NCBI GenBank assembly: GCA_020431405.1
Contig: JAGQIK010000117.1
Location: 1 to 30,590, forward strand
Origin: Myxococcales bacterium
GTDB lineage: Bacteria; Myxococcota_A; Polyangia; GCA-2747355
Length of the DNA stretch: 30,590 bases
Direction of reading: 5' to 3'
The notes under the pieces were generated by a model, which made no database searches, was not told the origin of the DNA, and saw only the letters and a program-made list of their open reading frames with translations. Shown here piece by piece: positions 1 through 7,865 of the stretch (position 1 is the first letter of the stretch; each line of letters opens with the position of its first letter). The position numbers and the translations under genes are program-made.

Positions 1-346
1 CGACCTCCGCCGAAAGCTCCGACTCGCCGACGTTGTTGAAGGCCGCCACGCGGTAGTACAGGCGCGTGCCGTTTTCGAGATCACGGTGCCGGAAGGGCGA
101 CTCGGCGAGCAGCCGCGAGTCGTCTTTGGTGACGTCCGGCGACTTGGCGAAGTAGACGGCGTATTTGAGCGCTGGATCGCTGTCGAAGGTCAGCGTGACG
201 GCGCGATTGCCCGCCACCGCCGAGAGCCCGGTGGGCGCGCGCGGCACGGCAGCTTCACCGCCGGCGCAGCCGCCGCCGGCGAGCGCGAGCGCGAGGACGA
301 GAGCAGGCGCGCCGCAGCGCGCGCGAGCGCCGGAGACCAGCGGCAT
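1..346 (-). CDS. Partial lipoprotein with a fibronectin type III-like domain; the N-terminus (ATG at 344-346) is in the window and the C-terminus runs off the edge.
   Basis: My own translation of the minus strand gives MPLVSGARARCGAPALVLALALAGGGCAGG..., a signal peptide with a lipobox. It continues ...AVTLTFDSDPALKYAVYFAKSPDVTKDDSRLLAESPFRHRDLENGTRLYYRVAAFNNVGESELSAEV, which looks like FN3. Its start lies 2 nt after the PilZ stop. It is absent from the ORF track because it has no in-window stop. Confidence 0.5.
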   Translation of the reverse strand, partial: MPLVSGARARCGAPALVLALALAGGGCAGGEAAVPRAPTGLSAVAGNRAVTLTFDSDPALKYAVYFAKSPDVTKDDSRLLAESPFRHRDLENGTRLYYRVAAFNNVGESELSAEV

Positions 347-347
347 C

Positions 348-683
348 TCAGCTCGACGGATGGGCCGCCGCGGCTTGTTCGATGTAGCGCGACAGCACCT
401 CGCGCGCCGGTTGGTCGAGCTCGACGAAGCGCACACCCATGTCTTCGAGCGCCTCGTTGAGCCACACCACCTCGCCGCGCGCCTCGACGCGCGCGTCGCC
501 GAGCTCGGGGAAGTTGACGACCAGATCGACCTCGGTGCCCGGCCGCTGAAAGAAGGCCGTGTGGATGCACAGCCCGCCGAGGCTGATGTTCTGCACCTTG
601 TGGGTGCGCTTTTCGCCTTTGGAGGTGTACTCCACGTAGGCCGTCAGCTCGTATCTCGGAAAGGCCCGCTTGTCGCTTCCCAT
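348..683 (-). CDS. PilZ-domain protein, a putative c-di-GMP receptor.
   Basis: The 111-aa ORF carries the PilZ hallmarks RxxxR (FPRYELTAY) and D/NxSxGG (QNISLGGLCIH). A CAGGAGAC Shine-Dalgarno sits 7 nt upstream of the ATG at 681-683. Confidence 0.75.
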   Translation of the reverse strand: MGSDKRAFPRYELTAYVEYTSKGEKRTHKVQNISLGGLCIHTAFFQRPGTEVDLVVNFPELGDARVEARGEVVWLNEALEDMGVRFVELDQPAREVLSRYIEQAAAAHPSS

Positions 684-714
684 CTATGCGGTCTCCTGCG
701 CGCTCATCGTATCA

Positions 715-1221
715 CTACCCCTTGGCATCGACGGCCTCCTTGCGCTCGAGGATCGTCGGATGGTCGGGCTCGAGATCGAGCGCGAACTTGTAGTTGAGCT
801 GCGCCGTCTTGATGTCGCCGCGTCGCTCGGCGGCGAGCGCGAGGGTGAAGAACTTCTTGGCCTGCGGGTTCTGGATCGCCTGCTCGACGCGCTTGGGGCC
901 CTCGCGCTTGCGGTCCTTGTTGACCAGCCGGCGCTCGCCGCGCGAAAGCGCCTCGAGGTACTCGGCGCGCTGCTCGTGATCCATCAGCACGCGGTAGCCC
1001 TCGCAGACGCGCTTGTAGACGTCGTAGAACATGCGCCGCAGCTCGGGATCGGGGTTGGTCGCGTAGCGGTCGGGGTGCATCGAGAGCGCCATGCGGTGAA
1101 AGGCGCCGCGGATCTCGTCGGGCGACGACTGCGGCGCCACCTTGAGCAGCTCGAAGTACGTGTACTGATCGAGGTCGCGGTGGATCTGCGCGATGCGCGC
1201 CTTGAGCTGAGACTGGTCCAT
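715..1221 (-). CDS. Small J-domain co-chaperone, DnaJ/HscB-like, with no zinc-finger or C-terminal domains.
   Basis: The 168-aa ORF has a J-domain with the HPD motif (ALSMHPDRYATNPD) preceded by the YTYFELLKV helix I pattern. It lies immediately downstream of the Hsp70 gene on the same strand. Confidence 0.8.
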   Translation of the reverse strand: MDQSQLKARIAQIHRDLDQYTYFELLKVAPQSSPDEIRGAFHRMALSMHPDRYATNPDPELRRMFYDVYKRVCEGYRVLMDHEQRAEYLEALSRGERRLVNKDRKREGPKRVEQAIQNPQAKKFFTLALAAERRGDIKTAQLNYKFALDLEPDHPTILERKEAVDAKG

Positions 1222-1233
1222 CGAGTGCTAGCT

Positions 1234-1263
1234 GTCTGCCTGTCTGCCTGGTCTGCCTGTCTA
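1234..1263. repeat. Tandem octamer repeat (GTCTGCCT) x3, plus one inserted G and a partial copy, in the Hsp70-J intergenic spacer.
   Basis: The sequence gctGTCTGCCTGTCTGCCTgGTCTGCCTGTCTa can be read directly. It abuts the Hsp70 stop codon (cta at 1261-1263 on the plus strand). Confidence 0.8.
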
Positions 1264-2892
1264 TCCCGTGTGCACGCCGGTGACCTCCTCGTCCGGGACG
1301 TGGTCTACCGGCGCAGGCATCTGGTCCTGGCGCGCGGCCATCTGGCTGATGGCTTCCTCGCTCGAGGTGCCGATGACCTGCACGCGCGCGTTCTGCGCGC
1401 GCCCCGTCTCGAGGTCGACGGCGCTGACCTGCAGGATGCCGTTGGTGTCGATCTCGAAGCGCACCTCGATCTGCACCTCGCCGCGCGCGGCCGGGCGCAG
1501 GCCTTCGAGCAGCAGCTCGCCGAGCGCCTGGTTCTCGGCGAACGTGCGCGACTCGCCCTGGCAGACCTGGATGCGCACCACCTGCTGGTTGTCCTGGCTG
1601 GTGGTGAAGACGCGGCTCTGCTCGACGGGGATCTGCTGGTTGCGATCGATGATCGTGTCGGCGTAGCCGCCGACGACGGCCATGCCGAGCGCGCGCGGCG
1701 TGACGTCGAGCAGCACCGAGCCGGGCGCCGAGGCCGAGACGCCGCTTCGCGCGAGCGCGGCGGCCTGGATCGCGGCGCCGACGGCGACGACCTCGTCGGG
1801 GTTGATGTCGGTGCGCGCTTCGATGCCGAAGTAGCCCTTCACGCCCTCGCGCACCATCGGCATCTTGGTCGAGCCGCCGACGAGCACCACGTCGTCGATC
1901 TGCGTGGCGGTGACGTTGCCGAGCTTCATCGCCTCGTCGCAGATCAGAAACGAACGCTGTACGAGATCGCGCGCCATCGCGTTGAGCGCCTCGACGGTCA
2001 ACGTGAACCCGAGGTCGAGCGACTGTCCGCCTTCGCCGTAGGCGATCTCTTGCACCTGCACGACGGCCTTGGGGCGCGAGCTGAGCTGACACTTGATCTG
2101 CTCGGCCACCGAGCGCAGGCGCGCCATGCCGCCGATGTTGTAGCGCAGGTCGACGCGCGTCTGGCGCAGGAAGATGTCGACCATGTAGTCGGTGATGCGC
2201 TCGTCGATGTCGTCGCCGCCGAGGAACGTGTCGCCGGCGGTGGAGAGCACCTCGAAGACGCGGTCGTTGAGCTGCAGGCAGGTGATGTCGAACGTGCCGC
2301 CGCCGAAGTCGTAGATCACGACGCGGCTGGTGATGCCGCGGCCGTAGCCGTAGGCGAGCGCGGCGGCGGTGGGCTCGTTGAGGATGCGCAGCACGTTGAG
2401 GCCGGCGATGCGGCCAGCGGCGCGTGTCGCCTCGCGCTGGCCGTCGTCGAAGTTGGCCGGCACGGTGATGACGGCGCTCTCGATCTTCTGACCGGTGTAG
2501 TCCTCGGCGAGCGCGCGCACGTGGCGCAGGATGAAGGCCGAGATCTCGGGGATGGTGTACTCGTTGCCGCGCGCGACGATGACGGGCTGTTGGTTTTCGC
2601 CCTCGACGACGTCGTAGGGCAGCCGCTTGGTCGACTCTTGCACCGGCTCGGCGCGGAAGCTGCGGCCGATGAGGCGCTTGGCCGAGTAGACGGTGTTCTT
2701 GGGGTCGATGATGCGGCGGCGCTTGGCTTCCTGGCCCACCAGCACCGTGCCGTTAGGGTGAAACGAGACCACCGACGGGTGAATGCGGCGTCCGTCGCGA
2801 TCGGGAATTACGGTCGCTTTGTTATCGGCGACCACGGCGATGACCGTGTTGGACGTGCCGAGGTCGATCCCGACGACGGGCTGCTCGGACAT
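1261..2892 (-). CDS. Hsp70-family chaperone, a DnaK paralogue of 543 aa that lacks the C-terminal lid region.
   Basis: The N-terminus VGIDLGTSNTVIAV and the motifs DFGGGTFD and VLVGGSTKMP are canonical Hsp70 ATPase-domain signatures. The protein ends shortly after the beta-sandwich substrate-binding region. Confidence 0.9.
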   Translation of the reverse strand: MSEQPVVGIDLGTSNTVIAVVADNKATVIPDRDGRRIHPSVVSFHPNGTVLVGQEAKRRRIIDPKNTVYSAKRLIGRSFRAEPVQESTKRLPYDVVEGENQQPVIVARGNEYTIPEISAFILRHVRALAEDYTGQKIESAVITVPANFDDGQREATRAAGRIAGLNVLRILNEPTAAALAYGYGRGITSRVVIYDFGGGTFDITCLQLNDRVFEVLSTAGDTFLGGDDIDERITDYMVDIFLRQTRVDLRYNIGGMARLRSVAEQIKCQLSSRPKAVVQVQEIAYGEGGQSLDLGFTLTVEALNAMARDLVQRSFLICDEAMKLGNVTATQIDDVVLVGGSTKMPMVREGVKGYFGIEARTDINPDEVVAVGAAIQAAALARSGVSASAPGSVLLDVTPRALGMAVVGGYADTIIDRNQQIPVEQSRVFTTSQDNQQVVRIQVCQGESRTFAENQALGELLLEGLRPAARGEVQIEVRFEIDTNGILQVSAVDLETGRAQNARVQVIGTSSEEAISQMAARQDQMPAPVDHVPDEEVTGVHTG

Positions 2893-3132
2893 GGCCCCTC
2901 CTGCGCTCAGCGGCTGCGGGTGATTCTAAACGATATTCAGCGCAGCGAGGGGATTGACACAGTTTGGATCGCGGCCTGACGCAGCTGTCATGTAGGCCGC
3001 CCGCGTTTCGAGGGCGCGCGCCGCTAAGCGCGCAGAACCGCGATGCTCTGTCTCGCGGCACGGCAGTTGCTCCATCGATCGGCGTGGCTGGCGCCGTGCG
3101 CGGGTCACACGCGTGTGCTGGGAGGTACCATC

Positions 3133-3711
3133 ATGGCCAAACGCACGCTGTTTGCCCTCGTCGCGCTGCTCTTCGCTTTCGCCTTCGCCCTCGCCGCCTG
3201 CGGCGACGGCGACGATGGTCCCCCCGCATCGGATACGGGTATCGCGCCCGACGGCGCCACGGACAGCGGCGCTTCGCTCGACGGCCGCCCGATCCTGCCC
3301 GAGCTCGGTCACTGGGCTTGGCGCCGTGTCTGTCACCAAGGGCTGGCGGTCAACGAGGTCACCGTCTCGGCGCAAGCCGGCGGCGCGTGCGGCGGCGCGC
3401 CGGTGGCGCCGTATCTGCGCGTGCGCTTCGATGACACGCAGCCGCTCGCGCACGTCGAGACGCTGGGCAGCCAACAGCAGCGTATGACGGTGGGCGGTGC
3501 GACGGTGTCGGCCGAGCTGTGTCGCGCGTCGAGCAGCGGGCAGGTGATCTGTGACAACGCGCTGTCGGGTTGGGTCGCCGCGGCGGCCGAGAGCGGCAGC
3601 GCGGTGGAGCTGCGCGCGGTGGAGGTCTCGCTCGACTTCAGCGGCGTGTCGGTGCGGCTGCGCTCGCCGATGTTCGAGATCTGCGCCTTCGACAAGCCGC
3701 CCGGCTGCTAG
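3133..3711 (+). CDS. Secreted lipoprotein of unknown function.
   Basis: GGAGG at 3121-3125 precedes the ATG at 3133. The N-terminus MAKRTLFALVALLFAFAFALAACGDGDDG is a signal peptide with a lipobox. Confidence 0.65.
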   Translation: MAKRTLFALVALLFAFAFALAACGDGDDGPPASDTGIAPDGATDSGASLDGRPILPELGHWAWRRVCHQGLAVNEVTVSAQAGGACGGAPVAPYLRVRFDDTQPLAHVETLGSQQQRMTVGGATVSAELCRASSSGQVICDNALSGWVAAAAESGSAVELRAVEVSLDFSGVSVRLRSPMFEICAFDKPPGC

Positions 3712-3732
3712 CGCGCGGCGAGCTGGAGCCTC

Positions 3733-4671
3733 TTACTTGAGCACCAGCTTGACGCACTGATCGAGGCACTTGTTGTCCGACGGCGTGTGCCCGCCGATGA
3801 TCATCGAGCCTTCGGGACAGATGCAGGTGTCGTTGACGTTGTAGGACTTGGCGATGACGCCGAGGATGCCGGGCGCGTTGCCTTTGGTGTAGACCGCCGT
3901 GACCGGCGCCGTGCGCTGCAGGTACTTGGTGTTGAACTTGGTGCAGTAGATCATCGGACCGGCGACGCTGAGCATGCCGGTGCCGATCTCGTCGGCGTTG
4001 CAGAAGCCGATGCGCATCACGTTGATCTCGGCCGGGTTGGTCGACAGCACGTTGGTGCCGCCGAGCGGACAGCACGTCATCTCGGCGGCCTTGCCGTCGT
4101 TGATGATGACGACGACGTTGCCCGCCGGGCAGGTCCCGTAGCCGCGTTTGCCGGCGGCCGGCAGTGCGGCGCAGGCGGTGTAGTTGGGCAGCGCGAAGCC
4201 GCCGGGGCCGAGCCCTTGCGGTTTCTGCACGTCGGTGGGCGGCGGCGGCGGCGGCGGCGGCGGCTGCGAGGCGCAGGGCTCGTCCTTGCCGTCGCAGTCT
4301 TGGTCGATGCCGTCGTCGCAGATCTCTTTGGCCGGACCGACGGCGCCTTCGCAGGGACCCCAGCTGCCGAACTCGGCGCTGCCGCTCGTCTCGCAGCGCT
4401 GCATGCCGGCCTTGCAGATGCCGACGCCGTCGGTGCCGCCGGCAGAGCAGGCGCGCGTGGCGCCGGCGGAACAGGCGCTGGTTGGCGCGTTGGGGTTGCT
4501 CGGCGTCGATGATGGCGGCGACGTGGAGGGCGGTTGGTTGGGGCTCGAAGTCCCCGGGCCCGAGCCCGGCGGCTGGCCGACGGGATCGCCCGTGTCGACG
4601 GCGCCGACGCCGCAGCCAGCGCTCAGATAGACCAATGCCACCACCGTACCGAGGATCCGCGTCGTTTGCAT
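3733..4671 (-). CDS. Secreted lipoprotein with a Cys-rich CxxDxDCDG-type motif and a poly-Pro linker. The ORF could extend to a TTG at 4689.
   Basis: The ATG at 4669-4671 gives MQTTRILGTVVALVYLSAGC, a lipobox signal peptide. The motif ICDDGIDQDCDGKDEPC is the metal-binding-like repeat common in Myxococcales. A PPPPPPPPPP linker follows. Confidence 0.65.
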   Translation of the reverse strand: MQTTRILGTVVALVYLSAGCGVGAVDTGDPVGQPPGSGPGTSSPNQPPSTSPPSSTPSNPNAPTSACSAGATRACSAGGTDGVGICKAGMQRCETSGSAEFGSWGPCEGAVGPAKEICDDGIDQDCDGKDEPCASQPPPPPPPPPTDVQKPQGLGPGGFALPNYTACAALPAAGKRGYGTCPAGNVVVIINDGKAAEMTCCPLGGTNVLSTNPAEINVMRIGFCNADEIGTGMLSVAGPMIYCTKFNTKYLQRTAPVTAVYTKGNAPGILGVIAKSYNVNDTCICPEGSMIIGGHTPSDNKCLDQCVKLVLK

Positions 4672-4824
4672 GGTCGTGTGACATCGCAAGGGTCGTGCCG
4701 CTCGCGATCGTGCGAATGCGGGGATCTAGCAGGGGCTCGCTGGGGGGGCGGTCGCCAGACCGGGTCAGTTGTCCTGAGCGGGAAACGAGTTTGCTATCTA
4801 GGTAAGTTTTTTTATCGTGCAGCT

Positions 4825-6378
4825 GTGCGGACGTTGCTCATCGCCCTGTGCCTGTCGCTGCTGGCCTGCGGCGAGACGCCTACGCCTACGCTCGGGCGCG
4901 TCGCGCGCGCGGCGACCAGCAGCTGCAAGCCGGGCTTCGACTGCTGCTTCGAGGCGCTCTCGCAGAGCCTCGCGGGCGCGACGCCCGACCCGAGCCTCAT
5001 CAGCGACCTCGGCAACAACGATCCCGCCGTGTGGTTCAAGAGCGGCGGCTCGGAGAATCACGCCGTGGCCTGCCGCGTGGCCAAGTACCACGTGGACAAC
5101 GACCCGGCGTGGCTGACGCGCTGGCTCGAGCTGCAGCTGCAGCCGGGGGCGCCGCACTTTCTCAACCGCGAGACGTTCTCCAACACGTACACGTCGCTTG
5201 TCATCGGCGGCGCCATCGCGGCGCTGCGGCGCGCGCAGGCGCAGGGGCACGCCACGCTCGCGGCGCACGCCGCGTCGTGGCTCGGCGCCTACTGGACGTA
5301 TCTCGCGCTGGCGGCGACGGAGCCGGCGCTGCAGCGCACGACGACCTACTCGCGCTACGGCACCGACAGCCAGACCGTCAGCTGGGGCTGGGGCTACAAC
5401 ATCGGCGTCGTCGGCTCGCGCTGCTACGTCAACGGCTACGGCGGCACGGCGCCGAGCGCCGGCGGCCCGGGGCTGCAGTCGATCCTGCTCGCCGTCGCGC
5501 TCGAGCACCCGTCGCGCGCCTTCAAGAGCGGCCTCATCGGCGGCTACTACAGCGGGCTGCGCGTGGCGCTGCAGGCGCTCGGCTACAAGCTCGACGCCAA
5601 GGGCCGCGTCGATCTCGCGAGCCGCAGCGTGCCGCCGGAGCAGGTTGGTCTGACCGCCGCGTGGCGCGCGCAGCTGCGTGCGTTCATCCAGGGTGGCGGC
5701 GCGAGCGGGGCGTCGGCGCTGCTGGCGCGCGTCGCTGGGCTGACGCTGCGCTGTCCGCAGACGCTGCTGCGCACGCAGGCTGGCGTGATCAGCTGGCACG
5801 GCGAGAGCACGGGCACGACCTCACCGTGCGGCGACGTCAAAGGCGGGCCATGGGCCATCGCGCGCGCGCTCGCGGCGTCGGGCAGCAGCGACTGGGTTAC
5901 GCGCTCGAGCGATAAGTGGGGCAACGGCGATCGCGGCAGCGTCACGCGCGTGGGCGACACGATCTGCGCGCGCTCGAGCACGCTGCCCGCGCTGTGTCTC
6001 GACATCCCATCCGGTGCGCTGCGCTACGAGATCGTGCTCGGCCCGCAGGGCGCGCGCTGTGTGGCGGGAAGCTGCGCGACGTCAGGCGGCGGCGATGGCG
6101 GAGGTGACAGCAGCGGCGGCAGCGACGCGAGCACCCCGGACCTCGGTGCCGACAGCACGGCGCCCGCAACCAGCGACGCCGTCACGCCCGCGCGCGACAA
6201 CAACCACGACCACGACGCCACCACCAGCACAGACGCGCACGCCAGCAACACGCAGCCGAGCAGCGGCGGCTGCCAGATCGGGAAGGAGCCGCTCGCTCCT
6301 CCCCCGCCGCTCCTCCTGCTCGGGGTCACTCTATGCGTCGTAAGCGCCTGGAATCGAAGACGTTCTAGCCCACAATGA
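4825..6378 (+). CDS. Lipoprotein with a C-terminal MYXO-CTERM-like sorting signal.
   Basis: A GTG at 4825 gives V/MRTLLIALCLSLLACGE, a lipobox signal peptide. The C-terminus SSGGCQIGKEPLAPPPPLLLLGVTLCVVSAWNRRRSS has the Gly-Cys, hydrophobic stretch and Arg-rich tail expected of MYXO-CTERM. A Gly/Ser/Asp/Thr low-complexity linker precedes it. Confidence 0.6.
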   Translation: MRTLLIALCLSLLACGETPTPTLGRVARAATSSCKPGFDCCFEALSQSLAGATPDPSLISDLGNNDPAVWFKSGGSENHAVACRVAKYHVDNDPAWLTRWLELQLQPGAPHFLNRETFSNTYTSLVIGGAIAALRRAQAQGHATLAAHAASWLGAYWTYLALAATEPALQRTTTYSRYGTDSQTVSWGWGYNIGVVGSRCYVNGYGGTAPSAGGPGLQSILLAVALEHPSRAFKSGLIGGYYSGLRVALQALGYKLDAKGRVDLASRSVPPEQVGLTAAWRAQLRAFIQGGGASGASALLARVAGLTLRCPQTLLRTQAGVISWHGESTGTTSPCGDVKGGPWAIARALAASGSSDWVTRSSDKWGNGDRGSVTRVGDTICARSSTLPALCLDIPSGALRYEIVLGPQGARCVAGSCATSGGGDGGGDSSGGSDASTPDLGADSTAPATSDAVTPARDNNHDHDATTSTDAHASNTQPSSGGCQIGKEPLAPPPPLLLLGVTLCVVSAWNRRRSSPQ

Positions 6379-6438
6379 CAAAACCGGTCATACGTCGGTT
6401 TCGCCGCAGACTGTGCTGGAGGCGGTTTTGTCATTGTG
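6371..6438. terminator. Bidirectional intrinsic terminator: a 16-bp perfect inverted repeat with a nested 6-bp inverted repeat, lying between convergent genes.
   Basis: CACAATGACAAAACCG at 6371-6386 pairs with CGGTTTTGTCATTGTG at 6423-6438. An inner AAACCG / CGGTTT pair surrounds gtcatacgt. The arms are AT-rich against the GC-rich background and U-tracts flank both sides. Confidence 0.55.
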
Positions 6439-6451
6439 CGATTTGCGCCCT

Positions 6452-7843
6452 TTAGTTTCGGCGGGTTGCGGATCGGAGAGTGACCCCGAGGGCGAGGAGG
6501 AGCAGCAGCAGCGACGAAGTCGAGTTGGTCGAGCCTGGGGGGACGGCGCAGCCGCCGCTGGGCTCGTCGCTTGGCACGAGGCCGTCGGGGTTTCGTTGGC
6601 TGGCGGGGGTCTTGGGCACGCCGGCGGCGACGGGCGTGGGCGTCTGGGGCTCGAAGAGGTCTTTGAACTCGAAGTCCTTGGGCTCGGTCATGGTGCCGTC
6701 GTTGTCGATGGTGCCGACGAAGCGCAGCGTCATGTCGCCGCGCGCGCGGTAGGCCACCGACAGGGCGTGCGTCGGCGGCGAGAAGGCTTTGCCGCCGAGC
6801 AGCACGTCGAGGTGCTGCTGCATGGTGTGCGCGCCGCCCTCGGCGTAGAAGGCGTCGATGTACTCGCCCCACTCGGGCGCGCTTTTGCCGTCGGTCTCGA
6901 AGTTGGTGGTGATCAGCACCTCGCCGTCGTGAAACTCGGGCTGCGGTACGCGCTTCTTCGAGCAGCGCTGACCGGCGAGGCAGGTGATGACGCCGCCGTA
7001 GCCGTCGGGGGCGTACCAGTTGATGAAGCCGCCGGTGGCGATGGTGTAGCGGCGCAGCAGTTGGTAGACGAAGTCGAGCTGCCGCGCGAGGGGCACGCCG
7101 TCGACAGCGGTGAGCACCAGGCGGTTTGCGACCATGCGCGCCAGGTAACCGTTGCCCGGCTTGGAGTGCATGTCGGTGGCGAGGTCGTGCAGCGAGGCGA
7201 GCACGCCATGCTCGTTGACGCCGGTCAGCGACAGCACGTAGCCGGGCCACGCGACGTTGAGCCAGCGCACGGGCTCGCCGGCGGTCGCCGCGCGCGCGAT
7301 CAGCACGTGGTGTTTGACGGCGTCGCTCTTGAGCACCAGCGGCGTGTCGAGCCGGCGGCTGTGCAGCGCGCGCACGGGCGCTTTGACGCGCGAGCCCCAG
7401 CTCGAGTGCGAGTTGCAGCCGGGCGGGTAAAGCCAGTCGGCGATGGTGTTGATGATCTCGAGGTCGGTGACGGTGATGTCGGCGTCGGGCAGCACGTGCT
7501 TGACGCCGTCGACGATGCCGCGCAGCTCGTCGAGGATGCCGCGCGGCTCGAAGACGTACGTTTTGACGCGCTCGCGGCCGCGGTCGTAGACCTTGGCGAA
7601 GACGGTTCGCGCCTCCTCGACGGCGAACAGCACGTCGCGCGCGAGCAGGGCACCGTGGGCGAAGCCCATCTCGTAGTGCGTGCCCCACACCGAGAGGATC
7701 GTGTAGCCCACGCGGCTCTTCGTCAGCGACTGCTCGATGATGCGGCCGTTGACCTCGACCTCGGGCGCTGCGTGCGCTGTCGCCAGCGCGAACGTCACCA
7801 GCACGGCGGCGGCGAGCGCCGTCGTCAATCTTGTCTCTTTCAT
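6452..7843 (-). CDS. Secreted protein that is tentatively a peptidase C45 / acyl-CoA:6-APA acyltransferase-like Ntn-hydrolase, with a C-terminal MYXO-CTERM-like signal.
   Basis: The signal peptide is MKETRLTTALAAAVLVTFALATAHA. WGTHYEMGFAHGALLARDV resembles GTPFEIGYEHGSAAKAVI of isopenicillin-N acyltransferase (C45), and GCNSHS resembles its autocleavage site DGCTTA. The tail PSGGCAVPPGSTNSTSSLLLLLLALGVTLRSATRRN matches the MYXO-CTERM pattern. Confidence 0.6.
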   Translation of the reverse strand: MKETRLTTALAAAVLVTFALATAHAAPEVEVNGRIIEQSLTKSRVGYTILSVWGTHYEMGFAHGALLARDVLFAVEEARTVFAKVYDRGRERVKTYVFEPRGILDELRGIVDGVKHVLPDADITVTDLEIINTIADWLYPPGCNSHSSWGSRVKAPVRALHSRRLDTPLVLKSDAVKHHVLIARAATAGEPVRWLNVAWPGYVLSLTGVNEHGVLASLHDLATDMHSKPGNGYLARMVANRLVLTAVDGVPLARQLDFVYQLLRRYTIATGGFINWYAPDGYGGVITCLAGQRCSKKRVPQPEFHDGEVLITTNFETDGKSAPEWGEYIDAFYAEGGAHTMQQHLDVLLGGKAFSPPTHALSVAYRARGDMTLRFVGTIDNDGTMTEPKDFEFKDLFEPQTPTPVAAGVPKTPASQRNPDGLVPSDEPSGGCAVPPGSTNSTSSLLLLLLALGVTLRSATRRN

Positions 7844-7865
7844 CTGTAGGTACTCCGAGTGCCCG

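Noticed and set aside
670-2979. A 769-aa plus-strand ORF and a 462-aa minus-strand ORF (704-2092) overlapping the Hsp70 and J-protein genes.
   Set aside because: The Hsp70 and J-domain signatures are unambiguous in the other minus-strand frames. These alternatives are Arg/Ala/Gly-rich high-GC artefacts.
6024-7688. A 554-aa minus-strand ORF overlapping the end of the MYXO-CTERM lipoprotein gene and the C45-like gene.
   Set aside because: It is in a different frame from the signal-peptide-bearing C45-like ORF, is Arg/His-rich with no domain, and would cross the inverted-repeat terminator.
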